This document shows positions 35,103 through 48,411 of a DNA stretch of 64,000 nt, piece after piece. This DNA comes from an uncultured Gammaproteobacteria bacterium (GTDB lineage Bacteria > Pseudomonadota > Gammaproteobacteria > CAWCPV01), in the NCBI GenBank assembly GCA_963797555.1, contig CAWCPV010000003.1, positions 416,001-480,000 on the forward strand, given 5' to 3'. Positions within the stretch are counted from its first letter, which is position 1. Every line of letters starts with the position of its first letter. The notes beneath the pieces were generated by a model, which did no database searches, had not been told where the DNA came from, and saw only the letters and a program-made list of their open reading frames with translations. The position numbers were made by a program, and so were the translations under genes.

Positions 35103-36893
35103 ATGAGACGCCTGCCCGCGGCCGTTCTGGCCGCATCCCTGTCTGCACCGTTGGCCCATGCCAAGGAGTACCAGCTCGAGCCCGTCGTCGTTACCGCAAC
35201 GCGTCTTCCGGAACCAGCGGACGAGTCCCTGGCTTCGGTGCTGGTGATCCCCGAAGAGGAGATCCAGCGCACTCAGGCCACGGACGTGGTGGACTTGCTG
35301 CGTTTCCACGCCGGCTTGGAGGTCGGCCGCAACGGCGGACCCGGCCAGGCGACCGCGGTGTTCCTGCGGGGCGCCAACAGCAACCAGACGCTGGTGCTGG
35401 TGGACGGGGTGCGCATCAACCCGGGAACCATCGGCACCCCGGCGCTCCAGAACATCCTCCCCAACCTGGTGCAGCGCGTCGAAGTCGTGAAAGGGCCCTA
35501 CTCGACTCTGTATGGCTCGGACGCCATCGGCGGCGTCATCCAGATCATCACGCACCCCGATGAGCAAGGCACCACGGTGGGCGCGAGCGCTGAAGCCGGC
35601 TCCTTCGACACCCGCGATATCTCGGCCGCGGTCAACCGCCGGGACGGCGATACCCGGGCGGGCCTCGGTGTCGGTTATCTGGACAGCAACGGGTTTCCGA
35701 CACGGGTCGGGTCGCACGTCGACCGCGGCTTCGACAACCTGAACCTCAACGTCTATGCGGGCAAGCGACTGGGCCCCGTGGACGTGGAGCTGAGCCACTG
35801 GCGGGCGCAGGGGACGGTCCAATATCTGGATTTCCTCCTGAGCCCCCTGGACCAGGACTTCCTCAACGCCGCCACGGCCCTGACGTTCCACGCCCAACCG
35901 AGCCACGACTGGAGCAGCACTTTGCGCCTGAGCGGAATGCAGGACGATATCACGCAGAACCAGAGCAGCGACTTCGCCCGCACCGCGCAGTACACCCTCG
36001 ACTGGCAGAACGACTTGGCCTTCGGCGAGCACCACGCGGTGACCGCCGGGCTCTACGGCTCACACGAGGACACCGCCTCGCGCATCTTCGGCGCGCGCGT
36101 CGACGCAAACACTGACCAGTCCGCAGCCTTCGCCCAGGACGATATCCGCTACGGGGCGCACCGGCTGATCGCCGCCGCCCGCTACACCCACCAGGAGGGT
36201 TTCGCGAGCCCCTTCACCTGGAACCTGAGCTACGGCTACCAGGTCGGTCCGGACAGCCTGCTGTCGGCCGCGGCCGGAACCGCGTTCCGCGCGCCGGACA
36301 GCACCGACCTGTATGGCTTCGGCGGCAACCCGAACCTCCAAGCGGAGACCTCACTCAGCATCGAGGCGGGCATCCGCCACCGCATTGGGGCCGGGCAGTC
36401 GGCTTCCGTCAGGCTGTTCGACAACGACATCCGCAACCTCATCGTGTTCACGGCGAGCAGTGCATTCCCGGACGGCCGGCTGGAGAACATCGGACACGCC
36501 CGCATCCAAGGCGTGGAACTGGCCTACCAGTGGACTTCCGGGTCTTGGCAGGCCCAGCTCGCTGGGGTCCTCCAGAACCCGGAGGACCAGGGCACCGGCG
36601 AGATGCTTCCGCGGCGCGCCCGCCAGAATTTCACCGCCGCCCTGGTCTACCAACGCCCGCGCTACCAGGCCGGGGTCGACTTTCTGGCGACGGGACCGCG
36701 CAAGGATTCCAACTTCAGCGACGTCGAGGACGGCGGCTATGGGCTCGTCAGTCTCACGCTGCAGGTCCGCCTGGCGGCGCGTTGGCAACTGCAGGCCAGG
36801 CTGGAAAACGTGCTCGACAAGGATTACGCTCTGGCCGCGGGCTACAACCAATCCGGTCGCGCGTTCTACGCGGGGGTGCGCTATGACTTGTGA
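35103..36893 (+). CDS. btuB: TonB-dependent vitamin B12 receptor
   Basis: Signal peptide, VVVTATR TonB box, LVLVDGVRI, RVEVVKGP..SLYGSDAIGGVI plug motif (here STLYGSDAIGGVI), ENVLDKDY; riboswitch upstream. Confidence 0.9.
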   Translation: MRRLPAAVLAASLSAPLAHAKEYQLEPVVVTATRLPEPADESLASVLVIPEEEIQRTQATDVVDLLRFHAGLEVGRNGGPGQATAVFLRGANSNQTLVLVDGVRINPGTIGTPALQNILPNLVQRVEVVKGPYSTLYGSDAIGGVIQIITHPDEQGTTVGASAEAGSFDTRDISAAVNRRDGDTRAGLGVGYLDSNGFPTRVGSHVDRGFDNLNLNVYAGKRLGPVDVELSHWRAQGTVQYLDFLLSPLDQDFLNAATALTFHAQPSHDWSSTLRLSGMQDDITQNQSSDFARTAQYTLDWQNDLAFGEHHAVTAGLYGSHEDTASRIFGARVDANTDQSAAFAQDDIRYGAHRLIAAARYTHQEGFASPFTWNLSYGYQVGPDSLLSAAAGTAFRAPDSTDLYGFGGNPNLQAETSLSIEAGIRHRIGAGQSASVRLFDNDIRNLIVFTASSAFPDGRLENIGHARIQGVELAYQWTSGSWQAQLAGVLQNPEDQGTGEMLPRRARQNFTAALVYQRPRYQAGVDFLATGPRKDSNFSDVEDGGYGLVSLTLQVRLAARWQLQARLENVLDKDYALAAGYNQSGRAFYAGVRYDL

Positions 36894-36995
36894 CGGTCAG
36901 GGCTGCGCGCTCGCGGGCGCCGGCCGCGGTTCGTCCGCATGCGACCCGCCGTCTCCGTCGGGCGCGCCCCATGGATACCCCCCGACACTCGACCG

Positions 36996-37556
36996 ATGAG
37001 CTACCGCTTGACTCAGATCTATACGCGGACCGGGGACGACGGAGCCACCGGTCTGGCGGGTGGGGAGCGCATTCCGAAGGACTCCTCGCGCATCGAGGCG
37101 ATCGGCGCCGTAGACGAACTCAACAGCGCGATCGGGCTGCTGCTGACCGAAGACCTACCCGAGGGTCTCAGGTCCGACTTGGAGGAGGTTCAACACCGGC
37201 TGTTCGACTTGGGCGGAGAACTCAGCCTTCCGGGCGAGGCACTGCTCCGGGAAGCGGAGGTCGGCTATCTCGAAAAGCGGATGGATACGATGAACGGCGC
37301 GCTCGGGCCGCTCACCGATTTCATCCTCCCCGGAGGGAGCCGACCCGCGGCGCTGTGCCACCTGGCACGCGCTGTCTGCCGACGGGCCGAGCGGCGCCTG
37401 GTCACGCTGGGAAGGCAGGAAACCGTTTCGGAGACGGTCCGCATGTATCTGAACCGCCTGTCCGACTTCCTCTTCGTCGCAGCGCGCGCCATCAATCGTC
37501 ACGCGGGCGCCCGGGAGGTGCTGTGGCAGCCCGCGCGCAGAGAGGAAAGGAGCTAG
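36996..37556 (+). CDS. pduO: ATP:cob(I)alamin adenosyltransferase, PduO type
   Basis: IYTRTGDDG, DELNS, FILPGG, RAVCRRAER, YLNRLSDFLF. Confidence 0.92.
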   Translation: MSYRLTQIYTRTGDDGATGLAGGERIPKDSSRIEAIGAVDELNSAIGLLLTEDLPEGLRSDLEEVQHRLFDLGGELSLPGEALLREAEVGYLEKRMDTMNGALGPLTDFILPGGSRPAALCHLARAVCRRAERRLVTLGRQETVSETVRMYLNRLSDFLFVAARAINRHAGAREVLWQPARREERS

Positions 37557-37633
37557 ATCTGCGCTGAGGTCGAAGTGTGGCGCCGCGTCGGATGTCCGCC
37601 AAGCCGTGCGGGACGTCGGCGGCAAGGGTCCTC

Positions 37634-39130
37634 TCAGGCCCCGGCGCAGCGAATCCCCAAGCCCTGCTCGGCCAAGGCCACGGCCCGAAAGATGGCGCGG
37701 CCCTTGCTCATGGTCTCTTCCCACTCACGCCGCGGCACCGAATCGTACACGATGCCCGCGCCCGCCTGGATGTGCAGCGCTCCGTCCTTGATGACGGCCG
37801 TGCGGATGGCAATCGCCGTGTCCATGTTGCCGTTCCAGCCGAGGTAGCCGACCGCGCCGGCGTAGATGCCGCGCTTCACCGGCTCCAGCTCCTCGATGAT
37901 CTCCATCGCCCGGATCTTGGGCGCCCCGCTCACCGTCCCCGCGGGGAAAGTAGCGCGCAACACATCCACGGCGGTAAGCCCCGGTTTGAGACGGCCATTG
38001 ACGTTGGAGACGATGTGCATCACGTGCGAGTAACGCTCGATCACCATCTGCTCGGTCACGTGCACCGTGCCGGTCTGGGCGACGCGCCCCACGTCGTTGC
38101 GCCCCAAATCGATGAGCATCAGGTGCTCGGCCCGCTCCTTGGGATCGGCGAGAAGCTCCCGCTCGAGGGCCAGATCCTCGTCCTCGCTGGCGCCTCGCGG
38201 ACGCGTGCCGGCGATCGGGCGCACCGTGACCAAGCCGTCCTCGAGGTGGACCAGTATCTCGGGCGAAGAGCCGACGATGTGGAAGTCCCCGAGGTTGAGG
38301 TAAATCATGTAGGGTGACGGGTTCAGCGTACGCAGGGCGCGGTACAGATCGATGGGAGCCGCGCGAAACGGGATGGATAGGCGCTGCGACAGCACCACCT
38401 GCATGATGTCGCCGTCCACGATGTACTCGCGGGAGCGCGCCACCGCCGCCTCGAACCCCTGCTGCGTGAAGCCGGAGACGAAGTCGCTCTCGCGCACGGG
38501 GGCGGCCGCGGCTAGCCCGGTGTGGACAGGTGTCGGCTGGCAGAGACGGCTGACCAGCTCGTCCAGCCGGGCCTGGACCCGATCCCAGGCATGCGGGACC
38601 TCCGGGTTCACGTGGATCACGATGTACAGCTTGCCGCTGAGGTTGTCGAACACGACCACCTCATCGGACACCATGAGCAGGATATCCGGCGTGTCGAGGG
38701 GGTCCGGTTGGGTGGGACCGCCCAGGCGCGGCTCGATGTACCGGACCGTGTCGTAGCCGAAATAGCCCACCAGCCCGCCGGTAAAGCGCGGCAGACCTCG
38801 GATCTCCGGCGGCATCCGGTAACGGGCCTGGAATCCCACGATCCAGCCCAAGGGATCGCGAACCGTCACCCCCTCGACCTCCTCGCCATCGCGGCAGACG
38901 CGGATGTCATAGCCGCACACGGTCAGGTGAGTGCGGCTCGGCAAGCCGATGATCGAATAACGGCCCCACTTCTCGCCCCCCTGCACGGATTCGAACAAGT
39001 AGGTGTAAGGCTGGTCCGCGAGCTTCAGATAGGCGCTGAGGGGCGTATCGAGGTCGGCCAGCACCTCGCGCATCACCGGGATGCGGTTGTAGCCTTGGGA
39101 AGCCAGCGCACGGAATTGTTCAGGGGTCAC
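37634..39130 (-). CDS. trpE: Anthranilate synthase component I
   Basis: [50 protein letters not shown]. Confidence 0.96.
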   Translation of the reverse strand: MTPEQFRALASQGYNRIPVMREVLADLDTPLSAYLKLADQPYTYLFESVQGGEKWGRYSIIGLPSRTHLTVCGYDIRVCRDGEEVEGVTVRDPLGWIVGFQARYRMPPEIRGLPRFTGGLVGYFGYDTVRYIEPRLGGPTQPDPLDTPDILLMVSDEVVVFDNLSGKLYIVIHVNPEVPHAWDRVQARLDELVSRLCQPTPVHTGLAAAAPVRESDFVSGFTQQGFEAAVARSREYIVDGDIMQVVLSQRLSIPFRAAPIDLYRALRTLNPSPYMIYLNLGDFHIVGSSPEILVHLEDGLVTVRPIAGTRPRGASEDEDLALERELLADPKERAEHLMLIDLGRNDVGRVAQTGTVHVTEQMVIERYSHVMHIVSNVNGRLKPGLTAVDVLRATFPAGTVSGAPKIRAMEIIEELEPVKRGIYAGAVGYLGWNGNMDTAIAIRTAVIKDGALHIQAGAGIVYDSVPRREWEETMSKGRAIFRAVALAEQGLGIRCAGA

Positions 39131-39181
39131 GGCAACTCCGGCGTCTGCCTGGTGCCGCCCCGCGCATGTCGGCCAGCGGCG

Positions 39182-39910
39182 TCACGCCGCCCGCGCCTTC
39201 AGGAGGTCCCTAAGCTCCAGCAGCGAGTCGACGACCGCATCGGGGCGCGCCTCGCGGATGTCGCGGCCGTGATTATAGCCGTAGGTGACGCAAACCACCG
39301 GGAAGCTCGCCGCCCGGGCCGCTTCCACGTCGTTCACCGAATCCCCCACGAACAGGGCCGCCTCCGGTGGGACCCCGAGGCTAGCCGCAGCGTGCAGCAA
39401 GGGAGCCGGATGGGGCTTCTTCTGGGGCACGGTGTCTCCGGACACCACGACCCGGAAGTAGTGACGGATCCCCAGCGCATCGAGCAGAGGCTCCGTGAAC
39501 TGCGCCGCCTTGTTGGTCACGCAGGCGAGCCGGAAACCACTCCCGCGGAGCCATCCCAGGATCTCCCCGCACCCCCGGGTAAAGCCGGCTGAGCCGGCAA
39601 GTGTTCTCTCGATAGCACGCCATGAACAGGGGGAGGGCGCGCTCGTACAGCTCCCGCGGCGGCTCGCCTTCCAGCCGCCCCAGCAGAGCGCGCTGCACCA
39701 GCCGCTCGACCCCGTTGCCCACCCACTGCCGCACGCGCTCCACCGGGCGTTCCGGCAGGCCGAGCTGAATCAGGGCGACGTTGACGCAGTGGGCCAGGTC
39801 CGGCACGCTGTCCACCATCGTCCCATCGACGTCGAGGAGCACCATGGCCGGCGTGAATAGCGGCCGAGGCTCCCCCGGGCCGCCCCCGACGCCCGCCTGC
39901 CGTGCTGACA
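39182..39910 (-). CDS. gph: Phosphoglycolate phosphatase (HAD family), frameshift near 39565; start uncertain
   Basis: LLDVDGTMVDSVPDL, VTNK, KKPHPAP, VGDSVND; conserved rpe-gph-trpE order. Confidence 0.85.
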
Positions 39911-39928
39911 CGCGGCGAGCCCCGACCG

Positions 39929-40603
39929 CTAACGGCGGACCTGAGCGAGCTCTGCGCGCATCGCTCCGATGGTCGCCTGATAGTCGGAAGTGGAGAAGAT
40001 GGCGGAGCCGGCCACGAAGGTGTCGGCCCCCGCCTCGGCGATCTCCCGGATATTGTCCACCTTGACGCCGCCGTCGATCTCCAGACGGATCGGCAGCCCG
40101 CTCTCGTCGATCATGCGGCGCGCTTCGCGCAGCTTGGTCAAGGCGGAACGGATGAACTTCTGTCCGCCGAACCCGGGATTGACGGACATGAGCAGCACCA
40201 TGTCCACCTTGTCCATGACATACCGCAAGTGATCCAATGGAGTGGCCGGATTGAGCACCAGCCCCGATTTGCAGCCACTCTCCCGCACCAACTGGAGGGA
40301 GCGATCGATATGCTCGGTGGCCTCCGGGTGGAACGTGATATAGCTCGCCCCGGCCTCGGCAAAATCGGGAATGATCCGGTCCACCGGCTTGACCATCAGG
40401 TGCACGTCGATCGGCGCGGTGACGCCGTACTTGCGGAGTGCCTGGCATACTACCGGCCCAATCGTAAGGTTGGGGACGTAGTGATTGTCCATGACGTCAA
40501 AGTGGATGATGTCCGCCCGTGCCGCGAGGACCTCGTCCACTTCCGCTCCCAGGCGCGCGAAGTCCGCCGACAGGATCGATGGCGCAATCCAGTAGTCCTG
40601 CAT
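39929..40603 (-). CDS. rpe: Ribulose-phosphate 3-epimerase
   Basis: [36 protein letters not shown]. Confidence 0.96.
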   Translation of the reverse strand: MQDYWIAPSILSADFARLGAEVDEVLAARADIIHFDVMDNHYVPNLTIGPVVCQALRKYGVTAPIDVHLMVKPVDRIIPDFAEAGASYITFHPEATEHIDRSLQLVRESGCKSGLVLNPATPLDHLRYVMDKVDMVLLMSVNPGFGGQKFIRSALTKLREARRMIDESGLPIRLEIDGGVKVDNIREIAEAGADTFVAGSAIFSTSDYQATIGAMRAELAQVRR

Positions 40604-41064
40604 GGGTCCTCCTGTGTTTGCCGGGCACGCCTGCCAACCGGTCTGCTCGGCGGCGCAAGAGTCGTCACTTTACCCGATCGGCCCCGAAAATTCAGCCCGG
40701 CCGCAGGCTTTAGAGAGCCCTCACGGGATGTAACGATTGGCCTCTGGTGGCAGAATCCCCTCGTCCCGAAGTGTCTTTGCCGGGGCGCGCGCGTCGGCAG
40801 AGTCGATAGAAAAGCCTGTTTCTGTTCGTAACTTGCCACACCAGCAGGCGCACTGCGGTAGAATGTGGCGTGCGAGGAACCATGACGGTGGGAGGCGCCG
40901 GAGCGCTGAGCCCGCGGTGACGCGGCGGGTGCGCCCCGCTTCTCGATGTTAGACCGTTGCGGAACCGTGCCGGGCAGCGAAACAGGCAGGGGCGTGCCCC
41001 GTGAGGACATGAGGGCTGCCGCCCGTCCTGGTTTCATGGCTCCTAATCGTTCGTGGTGAAGCTT

Positions 41065-44000
41065 ATGAGCAGAGAGTCTCAACCAGGGTTCCCTTCGCGC
41101 TACGGTCTCTACGATCCGGCTTACGAGAAGGATAGTTGCGGCGTCGGATTCGTGGCCCACATCAAGGGAAGCCGCAGCCACCAGATCGTGTTGGATGCCG
41201 ATCAGGTCCTGCGCAACATGAATCACCGCGGAGCCTGTGGTTGCGAGCCGAATACCGGCGACGGCGCAGGAATCCTGACGGCCCTCCCCCACCAGTTCCT
41301 GGCCAAGGCGGCGCGGAACGACTTGCGAGCCGATCTGCCGGCGCCGGGGCAGTTCGCCGCGGGTCTGGTCTTCCTGCCCAAGGATTCCGAGGAACGCGCT
41401 CACTGCAAGCACGTGGTCGCCGAGTTCGTCGCACAGCAGGGGCAGCGGCTAGTCGGCTGGCGCAAGGTGCCTACTCAGGCCGACGTGGCGGATATCGGGC
41501 CGACGGCCCGTGCCGCCGAGCCGTTCATCGAACAGCTATTCGTGGCAGCGAGCGCGGGCCCCGACGGCCAGCCGCTCAGCGGCGATGCGTTCGAGCGCCG
41601 GCTCTATCTGATTCGCAAGCAGGCCAGCCACCGACTGCGCGGCGACGGGCGGCTGAACCAGGCCAAGGCGTTCTACGTCTGCAGCCTGTCGACCAAGGTG
41701 CTCATCTACAAGGGCATGCTGACGCCCGATCAGCTACTGCCCTACTTTCCGGACCTGGCGGACCCCGACTACACGACGCACCTGGCGATGGTCCACTCGC
41801 GCTTCTCGACCAACACTTTCCCCAGTTGGGACCGGGCGCAGCCGAACCGCTTCATGAGCCACAACGGCGAGATCAACACGCTGCGGGGCAACGTCAACTG
41901 GATGCGGGCCCGCGAGGGTGTCGCGCATAGCGACGCGTTCGGCGGCGAGCTATCCAAGCTGTTCCCCGTCGCCGAGCCCGACTGCTCCGACTCCGGCACG
42001 TTCGACAACGTGCTGGAGTTCCTGCTGATGACCGGGCGCACGCTCCAGGAAGCCGTGATGATGATGATTCCCGAGGCGTGGCAGAAACACGAGAGCATGC
42101 CCGAGAACAAGCGCGCGTTCTACGAGTATCACTCCTGCCTGATGGAGCCATGGGACGGCCCCGCCTCCATCGCCTTCACCGACGGCCAATACATCGGCGC
42201 GGTCTTGGACCGCAACGGGCTGCGCCCGAGCCGTTACTACCTGACCCATGACGACCGGGTGATCATGGCGAGCGAGGTCGGTGTGCTGCCGCTCGACCCC
42301 AGACTCATCAAGGAGAAGGGACGGCTCCAGCCGGGCCGTATGTTCCTGGTCGACTTCGCGCAGGGCCGGCTCATCCCGGACCAGGAGCTGAAGGCCGAGT
42401 TCTCGGATCGCCGGCCGTACGGCGAATGGCTGAACGCAGGCCGTATCAGGCTGCAGGACTTGCGCCCTCAGAAAGAGCCGCACGGTTTCCATCCGGAGAC
42501 GCTACTGGCGCGCATGCAGGCATTCGGCTACACGACGGAGACCATGCAGTTCATGCTGCTGCCCCTGGCTCAGGAAAAACGGGATCCGGTCGGCTCGATG
42601 GGCAACGACTCGGCGCTGGCCTGCCTGAGCGACAAACCCCGCATGCTGTGCGACTACTTCAAGCAATTGTTCGCTCAGGTCACCAACCCGGCCATCGACT
42701 CCATCCGGGAAGAGATCATCATGTCGCTGGAGTGCTACATCGGCCCCGAGCGCAACCTGCTGGAGACGACGCCCGAACACTGCCAGCGACTGTTGGTCCC
42801 GCATCCGATCCTCACCAACGAAGACCTGGCGGCGATCAAGCACGTCGATTTGCCGGGCTGGCGTACCAAGACCATCGACATCACGTTCCCGCGCGCTGCC
42901 GGCGCTGAGGGGCTAACCGAAGCCCTGGAGCGGATTTGCCGAGAGGCCGAGCAAGCGATAGCGGAAGGCTACAGCATCGTCATCCTGTCCGACCGCGGAA
43001 TCTCCGCACAGCGCGTCCCGCTGAGCAGTCTGCTCGCCTGCGGTGCCGTGCACCACCACTTGGTGCACCAAGCGAAGCGCACGCGGCTGGGCTTAGTGCT
43101 CGAGACGGGGGAAGCCCGCGAAGTCCACCATCACTGTCTCCTGATCGGCTACGGCGCCGACGCCGTCAACCCCTACCTGGCCTTCGAGGCCCTGTGGCAG
43201 GCGCGCCGCGACGACCTACTCGACTCCCAGGTGTTCCCGAACGACTCGAAGGTCGTCTGGGCCTACCGAGACGGCGTAGCCAAGGGACTGCTCAAGGTGA
43301 TGGCCAAGATGGGCATCTCCACGCTGCAGTCGTACAAGGGCGCCCAGATCTTCGAGGCCGTCGGCCTGCGCGACGAGGTCATCGAGCGCTGCTTCGTGGG
43401 TACGCCCAGCCGCGTGCAGGGAGTCGACTTCAAGGTGCTGGCAGAAGAGACGTTGCGGCGGCACGCGTTGGGCTTCCCTGATCACCCGGAGGACAGCATG
43501 CCGGCGCTGCCCAACCCCGGCGAATTCCACTGGCGCGCCGACGGCGAGCGCCACGCCTGGGACCCGCAGGCCATCGCCGACATCCAGGTCGCGGCGCGCA
43601 ACAACGACGCCGAAGCCTACTGGCGTTTCGCACGACACGCCAACGACGATGCCCGGACCCGCTATACGCTGCGCGGGCTGCTGAAGTTCAAGTCCGGCGC
43701 CGCTGGCGCCCCGCTGCCGCTGGAGGCCATCGAGCCGGCCAGCGCGATCGTGAAACGCTTCTGCACCGGCGCGATGAGCTTTGGATCGATCTCGGCCGAG
43801 GCCCACGAGACGCTCGCCATCGCCATGAACCGCATTGGCGGCAAGAGCAACACCGGCGAGGGCGGCGAGGACCCGGAACGTTTCATCCGACTGCCCAGCG
43901 GCGACTCCAGACGGTCCGCGATCAAGCAGGTGGCTTCGGGGCGGTTCGGCGTCACCATCTGGTACCTGACCAACGCCGACGAGTTGCAGATCAAGATCGC

Positions 44001-45702
44001 GCAGGGCGCCAAGCCCGGAGAGGGCGGCGAGCTGCCGGGACGCAAGGTGGACGAGACCATCGCCCGCATCCGCTACGCGACGCCGGGCGTGGGCCTGATC
44101 AGCCCGCCCCCTCACCACGACATCTACTCCATCGAAGACCTGGCCCAGCTCATCCATGACCTGAAAAACGCCAACCCGTCCGCGCGGGTCAGCGTCAAGC
44201 TGGTCTCGGAGGTGGGCGTCGGTACCATCGCCGCGGGCGTGGCCAAGGCGCACGCCGACCACATTCTGATTTCGGGCGACGCGGGCGGAACCGGGGCCTC
44301 GCCGCTGACCAGCATCAAGCACGCCGGACTCCCCTGGGAGCTGGGAATCGCGGAAACGCACCAGACGCTGGTCCTGAACGACCTGCGCTCGCGCGTCGTG
44401 CTGCAGACCGACGGCGGATTGAAGACCGGACGCGATGTGGTGATGGCGGCGCTGCTCGGCGCCGAGGAGTTCGGGTTCTCCACCGCGCCCCTCATCACGC
44501 TCGGCTGCATTATGATGCGCAAGTGCCACCTCAACACCTGCCCGGTGGGGATCGCCACGCAGGACCCGGTGCTGCGCAGCAAGTTCATGGGTAAGCCCGA
44601 GCACGTGATCAACTACCTGTTCATGGTGGCCGAGGACGCCCGGAGGATCATGGCGGACCTGGGTTTCCGCACTTTCGACGACATGATCGGGCGGGTGGAT
44701 TGCCTCGACGTCCAGCACGCCGTCGACCACTGGAAGGCGGACGGGCTCGACCTCTCGGCCAGCCTAGCACCGGCGTGCAAGCCTCATCCTGGCGTCCAGG
44801 TGCGTTGCCTGATCAAGCAGGACCACGGACTCGATCGTGCCCTCGACCAACGGCTGCTCGCGGCAGCGGCTCCGGCCCTGGAGAGGGGCGAGCGCGTGGA
44901 GCTCGAGTTTCCGATCGTGAACACCCACCGCACGGTCGGCACTATCTTGAGCCACAACCTGGTGAAACGATGGGGCGAGAAGGGCTTGCCCGACGACTCC
45001 ATTCACATCCGGCTGCGCGGATCGGCCGGCCAGAGCTTCGGGGCGTTCCTCGCGGGCGGGATCACGCTCGAGCTGGAAGGCGACGCCAACGACTATGTCG
45101 GCAAGGGGCTGTCAGGAGGCCGGTTGGTCATCTACCCGCCGCGCGAGAGCACCTTCGTGCCCGAGCAGAACATCCTCGTCGGCAACGTCGTCCTTTACGG
45201 CGCCACCGGCGGGCGCGCCTTCTTCCGCGGCCGCGCGGCGGAGCGGTTCTGCGTGCGCAACAGCGGTGCCTGGGCAGTGATCGAAGGCGTCGGCGACCAC
45301 GCTTGCGAGTACATGACCGGCGGCCGCGCCGTCATCCTCGGACCCACCGGGCGCAACTTCGCGGCCGGCATGTCGGGCGGGGTGGCCTACGTCTGGGACG
45401 TGGACGGAGAATTCGAGAGCCGCTGCAACGTCGGAATGGTCGAGCTGGAACCCTTGCAGGAGAATGGAGACATGGCCGAGCTGCTGGAGATGATCGAGCA
45501 GCACCACGAACACACCGGCTCGACCGTGGCCCAGTGGATGCTCGACCGGTGGCCGCAGATCCTCTCGCAGTTCGTGAAGGTCATGCCCATCGACTACAAG
45601 CGGGTGCTGGCCGAGCGGACACGACACGATGAGGAGGCCGAGACCAGGCTCCACAGAGAGGCCGAGGTCCACACCCAGCCCAAGAGGGTGGCGGCCGGCT
45701 GA
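41065..45702 (+). CDS. gltB: Glutamate synthase large subunit
   Basis: [38 protein letters not shown] [3Fe-4S] motif, GXGXG C-terminal domain. Confidence 0.97.
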   Translation: MSRESQPGFPSRYGLYDPAYEKDSCGVGFVAHIKGSRSHQIVLDADQVLRNMNHRGACGCEPNTGDGAGILTALPHQFLAKAARNDLRADLPAPGQFAAGLVFLPKDSEERAHCKHVVAEFVAQQGQRLVGWRKVPTQADVADIGPTARAAEPFIEQLFVAASAGPDGQPLSGDAFERRLYLIRKQASHRLRGDGRLNQAKAFYVCSLSTKVLIYKGMLTPDQLLPYFPDLADPDYTTHLAMVHSRFSTNTFPSWDRAQPNRFMSHNGEINTLRGNVNWMRAREGVAHSDAFGGELSKLFPVAEPDCSDSGTFDNVLEFLLMTGRTLQEAVMMMIPEAWQKHESMPENKRAFYEYHSCLMEPWDGPASIAFTDGQYIGAVLDRNGLRPSRYYLTHDDRVIMASEVGVLPLDPRLIKEKGRLQPGRMFLVDFAQGRLIPDQELKAEFSDRRPYGEWLNAGRIRLQDLRPQKEPHGFHPETLLARMQAFGYTTETMQFMLLPLAQEKRDPVGSMGNDSALACLSDKPRMLCDYFKQLFAQVTNPAIDSIREEIIMSLECYIGPERNLLETTPEHCQRLLVPHPILTNEDLAAIKHVDLPGWRTKTIDITFPRAAGAEGLTEALERICREAEQAIAEGYSIVILSDRGISAQRVPLSSLLACGAVHHHLVHQAKRTRLGLVLETGEAREVHHHCLLIGYGADAVNPYLAFEALWQARRDDLLDSQVFPNDSKVVWAYRDGVAKGLLKVMAKMGISTLQSYKGAQIFEAVGLRDEVIERCFVGTPSRVQGVDFKVLAEETLRRHALGFPDHPEDSMPALPNPGEFHWRADGERHAWDPQAIADIQVAARNNDAEAYWRFARHANDDARTRYTLRGLLKFKSGAAGAPLPLEAIEPASAIVKRFCTGAMSFGSISAEAHETLAIAMNRIGGKSNTGEGGEDPERFIRLPSGDSRRSAIKQVASGRFGVTIWYLTNADELQIKIAQGAKPGEGGELPGRKVDETIARIRYATPGVGLISPPPHHDIYSIEDLAQLIHDLKNANPSARVSVKLVSEVGVGTIAAGVAKAHADHILISGDAGGTGASPLTSIKHAGLPWELGIAETHQTLVLNDLRSRVVLQTDGGLKTGRDVVMAALLGAEEFGFSTAPLITLGCIMMRKCHLNTCPVGIATQDPVLRSKFMGKPEHVINYLFMVAEDARRIMADLGFRTFDDMIGRVDCLDVQHAVDHWKADGLDLSASLAPACKPHPGVQVRCLIKQDHGLDRALDQRLLAAAAPALERGERVELEFPIVNTHRTVGTILSHNLVKRWGEKGLPDDSIHIRLRGSAGQSFGAFLAGGITLELEGDANDYVGKGLSGGRLVIYPPRESTFVPEQNILVGNVVLYGATGGRAFFRGRAAERFCVRNSGAWAVIEGVGDHACEYMTGGRAVILGPTGRNFAAGMSGGVAYVWDVDGEFESRCNVGMVELEPLQENGDMAELLEMIEQHHEHTGSTVAQWMLDRWPQILSQFVKVMPIDYKRVLAERTRHDEEAETRLHREAEVHTQPKRVAAG

Positions 45703-45804
45703 GCAATCCCCCGCGGGCCCCGCCTTGCCACCGTCGGCGGAGCTTCTTGACTGGCCGGACGCGACCTCGCACACACCGTCCTGTTTGCAACGGAACCACT
45801 GACC

Positions 45805-47325
45805 ATGGGAAAGCCGACCGGCTTCAAGGAATTCCCGCGTAAGGCCGTGCCCTATCGAGCACCCTTGGACCGCGTCCAGGACTTCCGGGAGATCTATACC
45901 GAGGCGGACGAGGATCACCTGCGAACCCAGGGAGCGCGGTGCATGGATTGCGGCGTACCTTTCTGCCAGTCCGACACCGGCTGTCCCGTCGACAACCTGA
46001 TCCCGGAGTGGAACGACTTGGTCTTCCGGGGACGGTGGCGGGAGGCGCTGGACCGGCTGCACAAGACCAACAACTTCCCCGAGTTCACGGGCCGCACCTG
46101 CCCGGCGCCCTGCGAAGGCGCCTGCGTCCTCGGGATCATCGATCCGGCCGTCACCATCAAGAACATCGAAAACGCCATCGTCGACCGCGGCTTTGCGGAG
46201 GGCTGGATCAGGCCGCAGCCGCCGCGTCAGCGCACCGGCAAGCGGGTCGCGATCGTGGGCTCGGGTCCGGCCGGGCTGGCTGCCGCCGCCCAGCTCAACA
46301 AGGTCGGCCACCAGGTCACCGTCTATGAGCGCGCGGACCGGGTCGGCGGGCTGCTGATGTACGGCATCCCCAACATGAAGCTGGACAAGGGAGTGGTCGG
46401 GCGCCGGCTCGAAATCCTGGAGGCCGAGGGAGTCAGATTCGTCACCGAAGCGGACGTGGGCCGAACCATCGACCCCGGGCAGTTGCTGGAGGAGAACGAC
46501 GCCCTGCTGCTCGCGACCGGGGCCACGCGAGCCCGCGACCTGCTCGTCCCAGGGCGCGACCTCCAGGGTGTCCACGTGGCCATGGAGTTCCTGACCGCCA
46601 ATACCCGCAGCTTGCTGAATAGCGAGCTGCGCGACGGCACGTTCATCAGTGCGAAAGACGAGGATGTCATCGTCATCGGTGGCGGGGACACCGGCACCGA
46701 CTGCATCGGCACTTCGCTGCGCCACGGCTGTGCCAGCCTGGTGAACTTCGAGCTGCTGCCCGAGCCGCCCGCAAGCCGCGCCCCCGACAATCCGTGGCCG
46801 CAATGGCCGAAGATCTTCCGCGTGGACTACGGCCACGAGGAGGCGCGCGCGAAATTCCAGAAGGACCCGCGCGAGTACTGCGTGCTCACCAAGGAGTTCA
46901 TCGGCGACTCGAACGGCCGGGTCATCGGCGTGCGCAGCATCCAGGTCGACTGGACCCAAGAGAACGGGCGCTGGAAGCTGAGCGAGGTCCCGGGCAGCGA
47001 GCGCACGTGGGAAGCGAGCCTGGTGCTGCTCGCCATGGGGTTCGTCGGCGCCGAGCATTACGTGTCGGAGCCCCTGGGCATCGAAGTGGACCGCGATCCC
47101 CACAAGACCCCGACCACTTACCGGGCGCAGTACGGCAGGTTCGCGACCAGCGTCCCTGGCGTGTTCGCAGCCGGCGACTGCCGCCGCGGTCAGTCCCTGG
47201 TGGTGTGGGCGATCGCCGAAGGACGCGGTGCCGCCCGCGCCATCGACATCTACCTGCAGGGCCGCAGCACCCTGCCTGCCCCCGGAATCACCCAGGGGTC
47301 GGCTCTCGCGGAGGCCGTATTATAA
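45805..47325 (+). CDS. gltD: Glutamate synthase small subunit
   Basis: [39 protein letters not shown]. Confidence 0.96.
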   Translation: MGKPTGFKEFPRKAVPYRAPLDRVQDFREIYTEADEDHLRTQGARCMDCGVPFCQSDTGCPVDNLIPEWNDLVFRGRWREALDRLHKTNNFPEFTGRTCPAPCEGACVLGIIDPAVTIKNIENAIVDRGFAEGWIRPQPPRQRTGKRVAIVGSGPAGLAAAAQLNKVGHQVTVYERADRVGGLLMYGIPNMKLDKGVVGRRLEILEAEGVRFVTEADVGRTIDPGQLLEENDALLLATGATRARDLLVPGRDLQGVHVAMEFLTANTRSLLNSELRDGTFISAKDEDVIVIGGGDTGTDCIGTSLRHGCASLVNFELLPEPPASRAPDNPWPQWPKIFRVDYGHEEARAKFQKDPREYCVLTKEFIGDSNGRVIGVRSIQVDWTQENGRWKLSEVPGSERTWEASLVLLAMGFVGAEHYVSEPLGIEVDRDPHKTPTTYRAQYGRFATSVPGVFAAGDCRRGQSLVVWAIAEGRGAARAIDIYLQGRSTLPAPGITQGSALAEAVL

Positions 47326-47646
47326 AGTCCGATGGGCGGCGCCCGAAGACCGGCATGTCGGCAGGCGTAGCCCGAAGGGAGGCTGAACAGGCGGGCGGGC
47401 GTACGCGAGAGGTTCCGCCGCTCGCCCATTTCCGGCCCACCCGGTGCCCGCGCCTTCCGCGCCGTCGGCACGACGGGTGGCTGCTCGATTAGGATAGGGC
47501 TGGTCGGGAGGACACCTCCCGCGAGTCCAAGCCATATGGATCTGGCCGCGACCCTCATGGGGCTGCTGCGGGAAACGCTGTTAGAAACGCTCTGCCGTGG
47601 GTCTCCCCGGGAAACCCTCTACTGACGAGGCGTCCACATTCAGACG

Positions 47647-48411
47647 CTAACCGCTGGCGGGACGGTTTTCCCCGGCACGGTGCGGCGGGCCGAGGCGCAG
47701 GAGCTTCTTTAGCTGAGCGACCATGCTCTCCTTCGGGACCTCGAAACCCGACCCTTGCATGGTGTGCAGAATGCTGCCGACGGCGGATTCTAGGGGGACG
47801 CGGTCGGTATTCAGTATGAGGTCATAGGCTTCGGGCTCGTTCAGGTCCCGTCCGCAAAGCTGTTTGCAGAAGGCCGCATGGTCCTCGCGGGCCTGCAGGA
47901 CCTGCTGGCGGGCCTCGTCCACGGGAATCCGCTCGCGCTCGGCAAGGCGCCCCGCGCACACGTCTGGAGACCCGACGATACGCACTCGAAATGCCTTATG
48001 ATTGGCCAGAATGAAAGGCGCCGCATTCCGCCCCACAATCACTCCGCTCTTGCGGCCGATGTTGAGGACGACATTGATGAGCTGGCGGCGATATTCATCG
48101 AGCGCACTCTGGCCGAAGATGATCTGGCGCATGACTTCGTCTCGGGTATGGCTCACCTGCTTGTCCAGACGTTCCATGAGAATCCGGTCTTGCGGCACCG
48201 CTTCGATGATCGCATCCAGGATTTCCTTATCGTAGTATTCCACGCCAAGGCGCGCGGCAAGGCGGCGCCCGACCTCCCGGCCACCGCTTCCCCGATCATG
48301 GGCCAAGGTCACCACGTTCCCCCTTGGGATGTAACGGCTTCTCTCCCAGCGCTCGGCGGTGAGCTCCGCTTCCACCAGGGCGTTTATCATTCGACCAGCG
48401 TCTATAGTCAC
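47647..48411 (-). CDS. Cytidylate kinase-like family protein
   Basis: VVTLAHDRGSGGREVG, YYDKEI, VIVGR, YDLILNT. Confidence 0.75.
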   Translation of the reverse strand: MTIDAGRMINALVEAELTAERWERSRYIPRGNVVTLAHDRGSGGREVGRRLAARLGVEYYDKEILDAIIEAVPQDRILMERLDKQVSHTRDEVMRQIIFGQSALDEYRRQLINVVLNIGRKSGVIVGRNAAPFILANHKAFRVRIVGSPDVCAGRLAERERIPVDEARQQVLQAREDHAAFCKQLCGRDLNEPEAYDLILNTDRVPLESAVGSILHTMQGSGFEVPKESMVAQLKKLLRLGPPHRAGENRPASG